From Bacteroidia bacterium (lineage in GTDB: Bacteria; Bacteroidota; Bacteroidia; M30B66): a stretch of 64,000 nt of DNA. Positions 38,150 through 48,956 of the stretch are shown here, piece by piece. Numbering within the stretch: position 1 is the first letter of the stretch; every line of letters starts with the position of its first letter. The notes beneath the pieces were generated by a model. The model saw only the letters and a list, made by a program, of their open reading frames with translations. It made no database searches and was not told the DNA's origin. The translations under genes and the position numbers were made by a program. The DNA lies in NCBI GenBank assembly GCA_965279035.1, contig OZ257142.1, positions 736,001-800,000 on the forward strand. Reading direction: 5' to 3'.

Positions 38150-40677
38150 TGCGGAAAATTACCAGACAGATTTTAGTGCTGCTTTTATTCATTTCCTATG
38201 CTTCGGTTTCTGCTCAATTAGTACCAGGGGCAGCAATTGAATCTATAAGTTATAGTGCTCCTAAAGAATATGAAATTGCTGATATTACTTTTCAAACAAA
38301 GGATAATAGCAACCTTGATCAAAACATATTACGTTTATTATCAGGCTTAAATAAAGGAGATAAAATCATGATTCCCGGAGATCGGGTGAGTAGTGCCATT
38401 GAAGCACTTTGGAAGCAAGGACTGTTTACTGGTATTGAAGTGAAGGCATCAAAGATTGAAGGTGATAAAATTTACTTAGTTATTTTTTTAGAAGAAAGAG
38501 CTAGACTTTCTCGATTCCGATTCGTTGGAGTGAAAAAAAATGAGGCCGACGATTTACGTGAACAAATCAAACTCATTCGAGGAAAGCCAGTGAATGAGAA
38601 TCTACTTGTAAATACTCGAAATACTGTTAAGGAGTTTTTCGTTGATAAAGGGTATATGAATGTGGATGTGAATGTGAATACATCAGCAGACACAATTCCC
38701 GGTGGGGGCGTTATGATGAATATTCTTGTGAATAAGAATCGGCGTGTTAAAATCCATAAAATCAATATCAATGGAAATGAGTTCGTTTCTGATCGAAAAC
38801 TCAAAAAGAAAATGAAAAACACCAAGGAAAACCCTTGGTACAGCATATTTACAACTTCCAAATACATGGAAGATAATTATGTAGAAGACAAAAATAAATT
38901 GCTAGGGATTTATTTCGACAAAGGTTTTAAAGACGCTCGAATTATTAAAGACACAATTTATAAGTATGATTCTAAACGAATAAACATTGATATTCAGATT
39001 GATGAAGGGAAACAGTATTTCTTTCGAAATATCACTTGGGTTGGAAACATTAAATACAATTCGAAACAATTAACTGATATCCTTGGAATTAAAAAAGGTG
39101 AGATTTACAATCAAGCAACCTTGGAGCAAAATCTTTTTATGAATGCTTCTGAATCGGATGTATCCTCACTTTATATGAATGATGGTCACTTGTTTTTCCA
39201 AGTAACTCCTGTAGAAACTTTTGTAGATAATGATTCGGTTGATATAGAAATGCGTGTTTATGAAGGGAAACAAGCAAGAATTAATCGTGTTACTGTTACG
39301 GGAAATGATAAAACCAACGACCATGTTGTAATGCGTGAAATTAGAACGCGACCAGGGCAATTGTTTCGTCGTTCAGATATCATTCGTACACAAAGAGAGC
39401 TTTCTCAATTAGGATATTTCGATCCTGAGAAAATGGGTGTTAATCCTGTTCCAAATCCACAAGATGGAACCGTTGATATTGAATATAAAGTAGAAGAAAA
39501 ACCATCTGATCAATTACAACTCTCAGGTGGTTGGGGAGCAGGACGACTCATTGGTAATTTAGGTTTGGCATTTAATAATTTTAGTGCAAAACGCTTTTTA
39601 AAGAAATCAGCTTGGAGGCCTTTACCTTCAGGTGATGGGCAGAGATTGTCGATCAATGCATCATCAACTGGACGGGCATTTCAAAGTTATAACCTTTCAT
39701 TTACTGAGCCTTGGTTAGGTGGCAAAAAGCCGAATTCATTAACAGTTACAGCCTATCATTCAATCTATGGAAATGGGGCAGCAAAGAATGACCCTACACG
39801 AAGTTTGACAAAGAATACAGGTATTATTTTAGGATATGGTCGTCGATTACGTTGGCCTGATGACTTCTTTACACTTCAACAATCCGTGAGTTTTCAATAC
39901 TATGAATTAGTAAACTCAACAGCATTTGAATTGAAAAATGGATTTGCGAATAACTTGAGTTTTACAACAACACTTTCAAGGAATTCTATCGATGCTCCTA
40001 TTTATCCTAAATCAGGATCCAACATTAGTTTTTCTCTACAATTTACTCCTCCCTATTCGTTAATTAATAATACGCCTGCAAACGAATTAGTAACACTTGA
40101 ACAGCGATACAAATGGGTGGAATTTCACAAATGGAAATTTGATGCTCAATGGTTTACGCCATTATCTCGGAATAAAAACACCTTGGTCTTAATGACGCGA
40201 GCAAACTTCGGTTTTGTTGGTTTGTATAATCAGAATAAAGGACTTTCACCATTTGAACGTTTCCGTTATGGAGGAACTGGCCTTAGTGGACTCACTTGGG
40301 GAGCTCAATTTCTCGGGGCAGAAATTGTCGGACTTAGAGGATATCAGGATGGTTCAATTTCAAAAGGTGCAACAGGAGGAGTTGGCGATGCTCCAATTTA
40401 CAGTCGATACACCATGGAGTTACGATTCCCAATTTCATTAAACCCTTCTGCAACAGTTTTTGCATTGGGATTTCTTGAAGGAGGAAATGCATGGACTAGC
40501 TTTAAAGACTACAATCCATTCAATATAAAGCGGTCTGCGGGAGTTGGTGTTCGAGTATTTTTACCCATGTTTGGATTACTTGGACTTGATTATGGATTTC
40601 GTTTCGATGATGTGCCTGGGTATTCAGGAATGCCTAAAAGCCAATTTCACTTTATTATCGGACAAAACTTTAATTGA
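38146..40677 (+). CDS. bamA: Outer membrane protein assembly factor BamA
   Basis: Signal peptide after ATG 38146, POTRA repeats, LRGY motif, C-terminal FHFIIGQNF. Confidence 0.95.
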   Translation: MMRKITRQILVLLLFISYASVSAQLVPGAAIESISYSAPKEYEIADITFQTKDNSNLDQNILRLLSGLNKGDKIMIPGDRVSSAIEALWKQGLFTGIEVKASKIEGDKIYLVIFLEERARLSRFRFVGVKKNEADDLREQIKLIRGKPVNENLLVNTRNTVKEFFVDKGYMNVDVNVNTSADTIPGGGVMMNILVNKNRRVKIHKININGNEFVSDRKLKKKMKNTKENPWYSIFTTSKYMEDNYVEDKNKLLGIYFDKGFKDARIIKDTIYKYDSKRINIDIQIDEGKQYFFRNITWVGNIKYNSKQLTDILGIKKGEIYNQATLEQNLFMNASESDVSSLYMNDGHLFFQVTPVETFVDNDSVDIEMRVYEGKQARINRVTVTGNDKTNDHVVMREIRTRPGQLFRRSDIIRTQRELSQLGYFDPEKMGVNPVPNPQDGTVDIEYKVEEKPSDQLQLSGGWGAGRLIGNLGLAFNNFSAKRFLKKSAWRPLPSGDGQRLSINASSTGRAFQSYNLSFTEPWLGGKKPNSLTVTAYHSIYGNGAAKNDPTRSLTKNTGIILGYGRRLRWPDDFFTLQQSVSFQYYELVNSTAFELKNGFANNLSFTTTLSRNSIDAPIYPKSGSNISFSLQFTPPYSLINNTPANELVTLEQRYKWVEFHKWKFDAQWFTPLSRNKNTLVLMTRANFGFVGLYNQNKGLSPFERFRYGGTGLSGLTWGAQFLGAEIVGLRGYQDGSISKGATGGVGDAPIYSRYTMELRFPISLNPSATVFALGFLEGGNAWTSFKDYNPFNIKRSAGVGVRVFLPMFGLLGLDYGFRFDDVPGYSGMPKSQFHFIIGQNFN

Positions 40678-40783
40678 AAAAAAGAGCAATTGGATATAAG
40701 ATCTATTCCTTTGCACGATTGTTGAAAGGCCGAAAACAAATGATAAAGAAATGATTACTTTTGCACCCTCTATTCAACCGGTT

Positions 40784-41383
40784 ATGAAAAAGCTCATCTT
40801 CGCGCTTCTGGTTTTATTTTCAGCAACGACAAGCGTATCGGCACAAAAGTTCGCATACGTTGATACTCAGTATATTTTGGAGAATTTACCAGAATATAAA
40901 TCTGCTCAACAACAATTAGATCGAATTTCGATTCAATGGCAAAAAGAAATCGAGTTAAAATTTGCAGAGATAGATAAAATGTACAAAGACTTTCAGGCGG
41001 AATCGATTCTTCTAACTGATGATATGAAGAAGAAAAGGGAAGAAGAAATAATAGATAAAGAATCGGCAGCCAAAGAACTTCAAAAGCAACGATTCGGAAA
41101 AGGTGGTGATCTTTTGAAAAAAAGACAAGATTTAGTTAAACCAGTTCAGGACAAGATTTACAATGCGATTAAAGAGATTGCTACTGCTAAAAATTATGCA
41201 GTTGTATTTGATAAATCAAGTGATTTAACAATGCTATTCACAAATCCTAAGTATGATATTAGCGATCAAGTTCTTGAATCTCTAGGATATACTCCAGGTC
41301 AGAAAAATGATGATCAGAATAATTCTGATAAAGGAAATGGAGGCAGTCCTGCTTCTCCATCTGCACCAACAAATAAAAAATAA
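40784..41383 (+). CDS. skp: OmpH/Skp chaperone, copy 1
   Basis: AQKFAYVDTQYIL; coiled coil; YAVVFDKS. Confidence 0.9.
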   Translation: MKKLIFALLVLFSATTSVSAQKFAYVDTQYILENLPEYKSAQQQLDRISIQWQKEIELKFAEIDKMYKDFQAESILLTDDMKKKREEEIIDKESAAKELQKQRFGKGGDLLKKRQDLVKPVQDKIYNAIKEIATAKNYAVVFDKSSDLTMLFTNPKYDISDQVLESLGYTPGQKNDDQNNSDKGNGGSPASPSAPTNKK

Positions 41384-41399
41384 ACATTAAAAACTACGA

Positions 41400-41912
41400 A
41401 TGAAGCAATTGATCGCCTTGGCATTGTTTGCCACCGCTCTGATAGGAACGCCTGCATTGGCTCAGAAATCTAATAAGTTTGGACATATTAATTCTTCCGA
41501 ACTACTTAGTCTAATGCCAGAAAGAAAAGCAGCAGCAGCTAAAATGGATTCCATCACGAAAGATGTTGAAAAACAACTTCAGGAAATGATGACAGAGTAC
41601 AGAACTAAGCAAGAAAAATACTCTAATGAAGCTCCTAAATTATCTGAATTGTTAAAGAAAGATAGAGAAGAGGAACTCAGTGGATTAGCAACAAGAATCC
41701 AAAACTTTCAGCAGCAAGCTCAACAATCACTTGAAAAACAAGAGCAAGATTTAATTGAACCTGTTGTTTCAAAAGCTAAGAAAGCCATTGAACAAGTAGC
41801 AAAAGAAAATGGGTATACCTACATTTTTGATACTTCAGCAGGTTCCTTACTTTTTTGGGAAGAAAGTGATAACATTTTGGTTATGGTGAAGAAAAAACTG
41901 AACCTTCCTTGA
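41400..41912 (+). CDS. skp: OmpH/Skp chaperone, copy 2
   Basis: KFGHINSSELLSLMPE; AKENGYTYIFD. Confidence 0.9.
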   Translation: MKQLIALALFATALIGTPALAQKSNKFGHINSSELLSLMPERKAAAAKMDSITKDVEKQLQEMMTEYRTKQEKYSNEAPKLSELLKKDREEELSGLATRIQNFQQQAQQSLEKQEQDLIEPVVSKAKKAIEQVAKENGYTYIFDTSAGSLLFWEESDNILVMVKKKLNLP

Positions 41913-41936
41913 TTCTTTTAAAAAAATAAAAAATGT

Positions 41937-41963
41937 AAAGCACTCCAATTGGGGTGCTTTTTT
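41937..41963 (+). terminator. Intrinsic terminator after the skp genes
   Basis: AAAGCACTCC-aatt-GGGGTGCTTT followed by a T-run. Confidence 0.75.
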
Positions 41964-41974
41964 TATTCTTGTAT

Positions 41975-42781
41975 ATGCATCCAAATTCACCAATTGGCAT
42001 TTTTGATTCAGGCATAGGAGGTTTAACTGTTGCCGCAGCAATTCATCGGCTTTTACCAAATGAGTCGCTTGTTTATTTTGGCGATACAGCACATTTCCCA
42101 TATGGCGACAAATCTCCTTCCCGAATTGAGTCTTACGGAGTTGGAATTTCCGATTTCTTACTTCAACAGGGATGTAAAATGATTGTCATCGCATGTAATA
42201 CTGCTTCTGCTCATGCGTTTAAAGCAGTTACTAAACATGTTGGGGCAAAGGCTATCGTTGTGAATGTAATCGATCCAGCATCCCAAATAGTAGCTCAACG
42301 TTATCCTTCAGGAAGAGTTGGAGTAATAGCTACACGTGGAACGATTCAATCAGGAATCTATCCACGGAAAATAAAAAAATATAGCTCAGGAACTGAAGTA
42401 ACTTCATTGGCTACACCACTTTTAGCGCCTATGATTGAAGAGGGTTTTTTTAATAATAGAATTTCCCGTACAGTAATTCATTCCTATTTAGAAAAGAAAT
42501 CACTTCAAAATATTCAAGCAATTATTCTTGGATGTACTCACTATCCATTGATTAGAAAAGAAATTGAAGAATACTATAAAGGAAATGTAGATGTAGTAGA
42601 TTCTGCCGAAATGGTTGCCCTCACAGTTCGTGAACGACTTGAAAATACAGGATTATTATCAGACCAATTACATCCTAGTTTACGGTTTTTAGTTTCTGAT
42701 TTTACAGAGTCTTTTGAAAGTAGTGCCACCTATTTCTTCCCTGAAAAGGTGAATCTGGAAGAATGTGATATATGGAAATAA
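41975..42781 (+). CDS. murI: Glutamate racemase
   Basis: IFDSGIGGLTV, IACNTAS and LGCTHYP motifs. Confidence 0.97.
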   Translation: MHPNSPIGIFDSGIGGLTVAAAIHRLLPNESLVYFGDTAHFPYGDKSPSRIESYGVGISDFLLQQGCKMIVIACNTASAHAFKAVTKHVGAKAIVVNVIDPASQIVAQRYPSGRVGVIATRGTIQSGIYPRKIKKYSSGTEVTSLATPLLAPMIEEGFFNNRISRTVIHSYLEKKSLQNIQAIILGCTHYPLIRKEIEEYYKGNVDVVDSAEMVALTVRERLENTGLLSDQLHPSLRFLVSDFTESFESSATYFFPEKVNLEECDIWK

Positions 42782-42808
42782 AAAAGGCAACTCATTGAGT
42801 TGCCTTTT
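42780..42808. terminator. Bidirectional terminator between convergent murI and the M16 peptidase
   Basis: AAAAGGCAACTC-att-GAGTTGCCTTTT. Confidence 0.85.
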
Positions 42809-42826
42809 AAAGAAGTTAAATTCTAA

Positions 42827-45661
42827 TTACTGAACTGGATTTCCTTCTGTGTCTAACTCAATAACTGGATAGCCAAGAAGTTTAATTTTCTCGAAGTTGG
42901 TTGCTTTATCACCAACAATTACAACGATCATTTTCTCTAATGGTAAATAGCGTTTTGCTAAACCATCGATATCATTTTTAGTGATCGAACTTAAAATGGC
43001 ATTTTGTTTATCGATGTAGTTTTTATCTAGATTATAAACAAGTAAGTTTTGAAGGAACAGCGCCTTTTGGAAAGGTGTTTCATATTTCAATGCATCCCTT
43101 TGTCCTAAAGAACTTTTTGTAAAAGCTAATTCTTCTGGAGTTATTCCTGCTGTTCTATACGCACTCATTTCAGAGAAGAAATCCATCATAGAACTATCCG
43201 TTTTTTCAGCTTTCACCCCAGCAGATGCAGAAAAAGGACCTTTAAATACAGAACCATTAAACGAGGTTCTAGCACCATAAGTATAACCTTTCTTCTCACG
43301 TAAAGTTAAATTGATACGGCTGTTGAAATTTCCTCCAAGCGTATAATTCATAATTCCAGCGCGGTAAAATTCTCCATCAGCATCGAATGGTAAAGCCATA
43401 TATCCAATACGAATTTCCGACTGTGGAGCTTTGTCTTTATTCACAAAATAAATGGTTGTTTTAGCAATTTCAGGTGTTGCAGGATACTTCAGTTCAACTG
43501 GTGCTTTTGAGGCTGTCCAATTAGTTAAAAATGGAACTGATTGCATTAATTCCTTTTGATTTATTTGTCCAACTGAAACTAGCTTTGCTTTTGCTGGAAT
43601 AATTTGAGCAGCATAGAAATCTTTCACATCCTGTAAAGTAATTCCTTCAAGAGTTTTCTTCGTTCCAACGACAGGAATTCCGAAAACGTGATCACCGTAA
43701 AGTAATTTTGAAAATACATTATCAGCGATGGTTGCAGCACGTGTTGCATTATTATCAATTGCAGCTACATTTTGTGATTTTGCTGTAGTGAATTCTTCCT
43801 CATCAAATCGTGGATGAAATAATTTTTCCTCTAGCAACTGAAGTGTCCGTGCTAAATTTTTCTTTAATGAAAAAACATTCACATAAACAAATTGACGATC
43901 TGAAGAAAAGCTAATTTCAGAACCTAGTTTTTCTAATTCTGTAGTGATTTCTTCTGATGTATATTTCTGAGTTGATTCATTCAAGAGATCCGTTAGCAAA
44001 TTAGCCAATCCAGCTTTTGCCGGATCTTCAGCTGCATGTCCAGCAGGAAAAGAAAGCAATATGGAAACAATAGGCAAATCATTATCCGGAGAGCCAATTA
44101 CTTGTAGTCCATTCGCAAAATTTTCTTTCCAAAATTCAGGCAGGTGAATCACCGGATTCGCTCCAGCAGCGGGGCGTTTGCTTCTATCGAAAGTATCTTT
44201 TGCTTTGACATAACTCAAGTTTTTGTATTCACTTCCTTCGGCACCTTCAGCCTCTGTAGCTTTCTTTGGAGTGAAATTATCTTCATGAGCAATTAATTCA
44301 CGTTGACCTTTAGGAACAACACTGGTAATAACTGCTGGTTTTCCTTTTATGTATTTCTGATATACACGAATTACATCCTCTTTTTTCAAATTTTGAAGCT
44401 GCTCCAATTCCTTTTTGATGTAGTTCGGATTCCCTTTGAATGTCTCATAAGAAGCAAGTTTAGATGCTTTCCCACTAACACTTTCTAAGCTTTGAATCAT
44501 TTGAGCTTCACGAGAATTTTTTATTCTAGATAAATCCTCATCCGTTACACCTCTTTTCTCAAATTCAACAAAGGCATCACGGATTGTTTTTTCCATATCT
44601 GCCAAAGTTTTACCTGGAAAAGGAAGAATACTTACTACAAAAGTTCCTGTTAATTCGGATGTTGGATTGGATGCTCTTGCTTGAACTGCCAAATTGGTTT
44701 TGATTAGGTTCTGATATAGAATGGAAGTTTTATCTCCACCAATTAATTCAGCAAGTAAATCCAATGGTAATTCATCTTCATCACCCGAAGAAACAGAAGG
44801 CCAAGTCATTTGAATCAAAGGGAAACGAATATTATCTTCCAAAGAAATGTAACGATCTTGATCAAGTGTAACCGGCATTTTAGCCATCGGTTTTACTTCT
44901 GGACCTCTTGGAATGCTGCCAAAATATTTCTGCGCTAATTTTACAACTTCAGCCGGATCAACATTTCCAGCAACTGTTAATACTGCGTTATTGGGTCCAT
45001 ACCAACGTAAAAAGAATCTTTTTAAATCATCAACTGTTACGCGATCAAGGTCTTTTAAATAGCCGATTGTTGGCCATGAATAGGGATGACCAAAAGGATA
45101 AAGTGCTTCACTGGTGCGTTCTCCTACTAATCCATATGGACGATTGTCGTAATTCTGACCACGTTCATTTTTAACTGTAGCTCGTTGGATTTCAAATTTC
45201 TGTTGTGTAACAGCATCCAATAAAAATCCCATTCTGTCGGCCTCAAGCCATAAAGCAGTTTCGAGTTGATTACTTGGAACCGTTTCAAAATAGTTGGTTC
45301 GATCAAGATTCGTAGTGCCATTTAAGGTACCGCCCGATTCTGTTACAATGGAGAAATGTTCTTCATCCGCCACATTATCAGAACCCTGAAACATCATGTG
45401 TTCGAAAAAGTGAGCAAATCCCGAACGACCTATTTGTTCACGAGCAGATCCAACATGGTAAGTTACATCAACATGAACAACCGGATCACTTTTATCTACG
45501 TGAACAATCACTGTCATCCCATTATCGAGTTTATATTTCTCATAAGGAATAACAATTTCATCCCCTTTTTTCTCCACTTTTTCTACCAGCTTTTGAGCAG
45601 TAACGGGGAAAAGGACGAATAATGAAAAAGCCCCAGTTAGGAGCGAAATGCGTTTTAACAT
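42827..45661 (-). CDS. M16 (pitrilysin/PqqL-like) zinc peptidase, exported
   Basis: Signal peptide, YHVGSARE, AHFFEHMMF (HxxEH), NGTT, LREKKGYTYG. Confidence 0.93.
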   Translation of the reverse strand: MLKRISLLTGAFSLFVLFPVTAQKLVEKVEKKGDEIVIPYEKYKLDNGMTVIVHVDKSDPVVHVDVTYHVGSAREQIGRSGFAHFFEHMMFQGSDNVADEEHFSIVTESGGTLNGTTNLDRTNYFETVPSNQLETALWLEADRMGFLLDAVTQQKFEIQRATVKNERGQNYDNRPYGLVGERTSEALYPFGHPYSWPTIGYLKDLDRVTVDDLKRFFLRWYGPNNAVLTVAGNVDPAEVVKLAQKYFGSIPRGPEVKPMAKMPVTLDQDRYISLEDNIRFPLIQMTWPSVSSGDEDELPLDLLAELIGGDKTSILYQNLIKTNLAVQARASNPTSELTGTFVVSILPFPGKTLADMEKTIRDAFVEFEKRGVTDEDLSRIKNSREAQMIQSLESVSGKASKLASYETFKGNPNYIKKELEQLQNLKKEDVIRVYQKYIKGKPAVITSVVPKGQRELIAHEDNFTPKKATEAEGAEGSEYKNLSYVKAKDTFDRSKRPAAGANPVIHLPEFWKENFANGLQVIGSPDNDLPIVSILLSFPAGHAAEDPAKAGLANLLTDLLNESTQKYTSEEITTELEKLGSEISFSSDRQFVYVNVFSLKKNLARTLQLLEEKLFHPRFDEEEFTTAKSQNVAAIDNNATRAATIADNVFSKLLYGDHVFGIPVVGTKKTLEGITLQDVKDFYAAQIIPAKAKLVSVGQINQKELMQSVPFLTNWTASKAPVELKYPATPEIAKTTIYFVNKDKAPQSEIRIGYMALPFDADGEFYRAGIMNYTLGGNFNSRINLTLREKKGYTYGARTSFNGSVFKGPFSASAGVKAEKTDSSMMDFFSEMSAYRTAGITPEELAFTKSSLGQRDALKYETPFQKALFLQNLLVYNLDKNYIDKQNAILSSITKNDIDGLAKRYLPLEKMIVVIVGDKATNFEKIKLLGYPVIELDTEGNPVQ

Positions 45662-45782
45662 AAGTGTGTTTTTCGAGTTGCAAGTTTATACAAAGATTTC
45701 GGTACTAGAAGAATACATCGGTGCTTGAATTCTAGAAAATAATACATTATTCTTTTTTATGGATGTTTAGGATTTAACCATG

Positions 45783-45790
45783 TACATTTG
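45783..45790 (+). promoter_or_regulatory. -7 promoter box in front of the riboswitch
   Basis: TACATTTG matches TAnnTTTG. Confidence 0.6.
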
Positions 45791-45794
45791 ATGG

Positions 45795-45950
45795 CTTTTT
45801 GGTTCGCACCCTGTGTGTGATTAAAAGGGAATCCTGTTAAAATCAGGAACAGTTCCCGCTGCTGTGATTCTCAATAAAAAAACATTCAGTATTTGCCACT
45901 GTTAAACCGGGAAGGCGCTGGATGTGAGGAAAGTCAGAAGACCTGCCAAG
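45795..45950 (+). ncRNA. Cobalamin riboswitch
   Basis: Ordered conserved blocks GGTT..AAAAGGGAA (45823), CCTG/CAGG stem, CCCGCTGCTGT (45855), GCCACTG (45895), GGGAAGG (45909), AGTCAGAAGACCTGCC (45932); upstream of a TonB receptor. Confidence 0.95.
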
Positions 45951-46008
45951 AGTATATGTTCCAAGCTTTCGGGAAGAAAGGCAATGAACAGGAAGGCCAT
46001 TGGCTTTT

Positions 46009-46054
46009 GTTGATAGGTGTGTTTTCACATTATTCAACCCTGTTTTCTTTTTTT
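46009..46054 (+). terminator. Possible riboswitch-controlled terminator in the expression platform
   Basis: Imperfect hairpin GTTGATAGGTGTG-tttt-CACATTATTCAAC followed by a T-rich tract, ending about 22 nt before the start codon. Confidence 0.4.
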
Positions 46055-46076
46055 CCATTGTTAGGATGAAAAGAAA

Positions 46077-47987
46077 ATGATGCGACAACAACTAGTATTT
46101 CTTCTTATTTTATTCAGTCAAGTGCATATTGCTTTTGCTCAAAAGGAGCGGAAGGATACCATTTTGCTGTTACGTGTTGTTACCATTGAAGATATTCGTC
46201 TTCCAGCATCCAATCCTGGACTTGATCAAGAAAATTTCCGAACTCAAAAAAATGGAAAATCTGCACAATCATTGGCAGAAATTTTAAGTAGAAATTCCGC
46301 TTCATTTATTCGTCAATATAGTCCAGGCACTTTAGCTTCTCCTTCAATTCGAGGAACTGGTGCTGCCCATACAGCATTGATTTGGAATGGCTTGAATCTT
46401 CAAAGTGCTATGAATGGACAGCTCGATTTAAGCTTGATTCCAGCACAATTGTTTGATCAGTTTACTTTGCAAAAAGGAGCTAGTGCAGCTTCATGGGGCT
46501 CCGGTGCTATTGGTGGTGCTATCACGTTGAATTCTGATGAACCTACAAATCACTTTCGACTTACACAAAACTCTGGAAGTTGGGGTTTTAAACAAAGTGC
46601 TTTGGATATCGGATTAAAAAGGAAGTCTATTGGATTTAGAGTCCGTGTATTTGAAACTACTGCTTTAAATAATTTTCGATTTCAGAATGATGCTTTATTT
46701 CTTAGCCCAATTCAAAGGCAGACGAATGCTGCACAATTCATGAAAGGATTGATGCAAGATATCTTTGTTGAAACAGGCAAGCATTCCTATTTTCAACTAG
46801 CATTTTGGGGTCAATATTCGAAACGTCACATTCCTCCCATCCAAACAATTCCTTTTGCTGTTGCTCATCAAATTGATCGAACCAATCGATTAAATGCAAG
46901 TTGGAAACGAAGCGTTGAACGATGGGACATCCTTATTCGTGGAGGATTTTTTCAAGAAGAAATTGGTTTCAAAGATTCTCTTAGTCAAATCGATAGTAGA
47001 AATAATTCAAAAACGTCTATCATCGAATCTGAATTTGGGAAATCACTTTTCAATCAACGAATTCGGATACAAGTTGGCGGAAATGCTTCTGTTTCGATGG
47101 CTAAATCACAAGGACTCGGAAGTCAATGGAAACAACAAAATAGGAAATCAATCTTTGCTTCTTTCCGTTCTGAGTTTCTTAAAAAACGTTTAGAAAATCT
47201 TATCCAGATACGTCAGGAATGGTATAATAATCATGCTGTTCCTTTTATTCCGTCATTTTCTTCATCCTTCAACTTAGTAAAGAATATTAAAATCAGAGGT
47301 CAACTTGCTCGAACATTTCGATTGCCAACGTTAAATGATCTTTATTGGCAACCTGGCGGAAATTCTGATTTACTTCCAGAACATGGATTAGCAATGGAAG
47401 CTGGATTTCAGTATTTAAAAGAAAATGAATCTTTCAGTTTTCTTGGAAAAGCAGGTATATTTTCAACTCGTGTAAAAAACTGGATTCTTTGGGTGCCTGG
47501 ATTAACTTATTGGAAGCCAGAAAACATTCAACAAGTTTTCAGTAGGGGAGAAGAAATAGTAATCAGCCTTTCAATAAAACGAAATAAAACGGATGTTTTA
47601 AGGGTTTCATCTTCTTTGCAATATGTCAATTCAAGTGTAGAGAAATCAAATTCAATTTCCCAGAATAGGCAATTAATTTATGTTCCCAAATTCACATGGA
47701 ATGGGAATGTTTTTATTCAACTCCCATTTGCTCAATTGGATATTAGCTCAACCTATACAGGCTTGAGATATACAACAAGTGACAATGCTTCTTACTTGCC
47801 TGCATTTTGGGTATTTAATGTAACTCTATCTAAGGAAATAGCATTCTATAAGCACACTGCTTCCATTTATTTCCAAGTAAATAATATGTTCAATTCACGC
47901 TATCAGGTAATAGCATGGCGTCCAATGCCTTTAAGGTCAATTATGGCAGGAATTTCATTTTCATTTCACCCAACCCATTCATCATGA
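46077..47987 (+). CDS. btuB: TonB-dependent receptor, BtuB-like
   Basis: Plug motif PSIRGTGAAHT.LIWNG, GSGAIGG, FRLPTLNDLYW, VNNMFN..Y; downstream of a B12 riboswitch. Confidence 0.85.
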   Translation: MMRQQLVFLLILFSQVHIAFAQKERKDTILLLRVVTIEDIRLPASNPGLDQENFRTQKNGKSAQSLAEILSRNSASFIRQYSPGTLASPSIRGTGAAHTALIWNGLNLQSAMNGQLDLSLIPAQLFDQFTLQKGASAASWGSGAIGGAITLNSDEPTNHFRLTQNSGSWGFKQSALDIGLKRKSIGFRVRVFETTALNNFRFQNDALFLSPIQRQTNAAQFMKGLMQDIFVETGKHSYFQLAFWGQYSKRHIPPIQTIPFAVAHQIDRTNRLNASWKRSVERWDILIRGGFFQEEIGFKDSLSQIDSRNNSKTSIIESEFGKSLFNQRIRIQVGGNASVSMAKSQGLGSQWKQQNRKSIFASFRSEFLKKRLENLIQIRQEWYNNHAVPFIPSFSSSFNLVKNIKIRGQLARTFRLPTLNDLYWQPGGNSDLLPEHGLAMEAGFQYLKENESFSFLGKAGIFSTRVKNWILWVPGLTYWKPENIQQVFSRGEEIVISLSIKRNKTDVLRVSSSLQYVNSSVEKSNSISQNRQLIYVPKFTWNGNVFIQLPFAQLDISSTYTGLRYTTSDNASYLPAFWVFNVTLSKEIAFYKHTASIYFQVNNMFNSRYQVIAWRPMPLRSIMAGISFSFHPTHSS

Positions 47988-48955
47988 ACAAACTATTATC
48001 CCTAGTCTTTTGCAGCATTGTGTTTGATTTTCTCCCTGCGCAAACAACTGTAACATTCGAAGATCTTTCTCTACCAACAGATTCCTGGTGGGTAGGAAGT
48101 GATGGAATTTCCAATGGTTTTAGCTGTAATGATGCCTATTTCCCCACAGTTTGGGATACTGCTTTTGGAGGTTATTGGTCTAGTGGCTTCGCCTATAGCA
48201 ACATGACCGATTCTGTTACTTCAGGCTATCTCAACATGTATTCAGCTAAAGCTGGATCTGGATATCAGAATTCAGAAAATTATGCAATTACTTATGGTGA
48301 TGGCTGGTTTTTACCAGGTCCAATTGATCATGCACATCTGTATGAGCCTGTGGAAATGTACATCACCAATAATACGTTTGCCTATAATAACATACGAGAT
48401 GGTGATGCGATTGGGAAAAAATTCGGAGGAGTTTCGGGAAATGATCCAGATTATTTTTCAGTTACTTTCGAGGGAATTCATCTTGGGCAAACTACTGGTA
48501 CTGCTGTAACTGTCTATCTAGCTGATTTTCGTTTTGAAGATAACTCCTTGGATTATATTCTATCCGAGTGGACTTGGGTAGATCTTTCGCCATTAGGTTT
48601 GGTTGATAGCGTGATATATAGCTTTGAATCTTCCGATGTTGGTGATTTTGGAATCAATACTCCTTTGTATTTCTGCATGGATAATTTCAAAGTGAATAAC
48701 GTTCCGAATGGGTTTCAAAACATACCAACTTATACTCTTGATGTTTTCCCTAATCCAACGTCTGAATTCATTCGGATTTCAAGCGGACAAATTTCAAATG
48801 GTACTATTTCAATTTATTCAATGGATGGTTCACTGGTTAAAACACAAACATTCAATACAGTGAATCCATACATTTCTGTAAGCGAATTAGCTAATGGAAT
48901 GTATTTCCTGCGCTTGAATGGAACAATGAGCCGTACTTTTGTTGTTCAACATTAA
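47984..48955 (+). CDS. DUF4465 (BtuJ-like) protein with T9SS C-terminal domain
   Basis: YWSSGFAYSN, MYITNNTFAY, YLADFR, WTWVDLS.LG and SSDVGDFGINTPLYFCMDN; tail VFPNP...GMYFLRL. Start at ATG 47984. Confidence 0.8.
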   Translation: MNKLLSLVFCSIVFDFLPAQTTVTFEDLSLPTDSWWVGSDGISNGFSCNDAYFPTVWDTAFGGYWSSGFAYSNMTDSVTSGYLNMYSAKAGSGYQNSENYAITYGDGWFLPGPIDHAHLYEPVEMYITNNTFAYNNIRDGDAIGKKFGGVSGNDPDYFSVTFEGIHLGQTTGTAVTVYLADFRFEDNSLDYILSEWTWVDLSPLGLVDSVIYSFESSDVGDFGINTPLYFCMDNFKVNNVPNGFQNIPTYTLDVFPNPTSEFIRISSGQISNGTISIYSMDGSLVKTQTFNTVNPYISVSELANGMYFLRLNGTMSRTFVVQH

Positions 48956-48956
48956 A

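Noticed and set aside
40711-40726. TTGCACGATTGTTGAA, a sigma54-like box upstream of skp
   Set aside because: It lacks the invariant GG and is too weak alone. Worth revisiting if the hsp20 motif is confirmed.
45843-46091. 82 aa minus-strand ORF
   Set aside because: It lies antisense across the cobalamin riboswitch and has no protein features.
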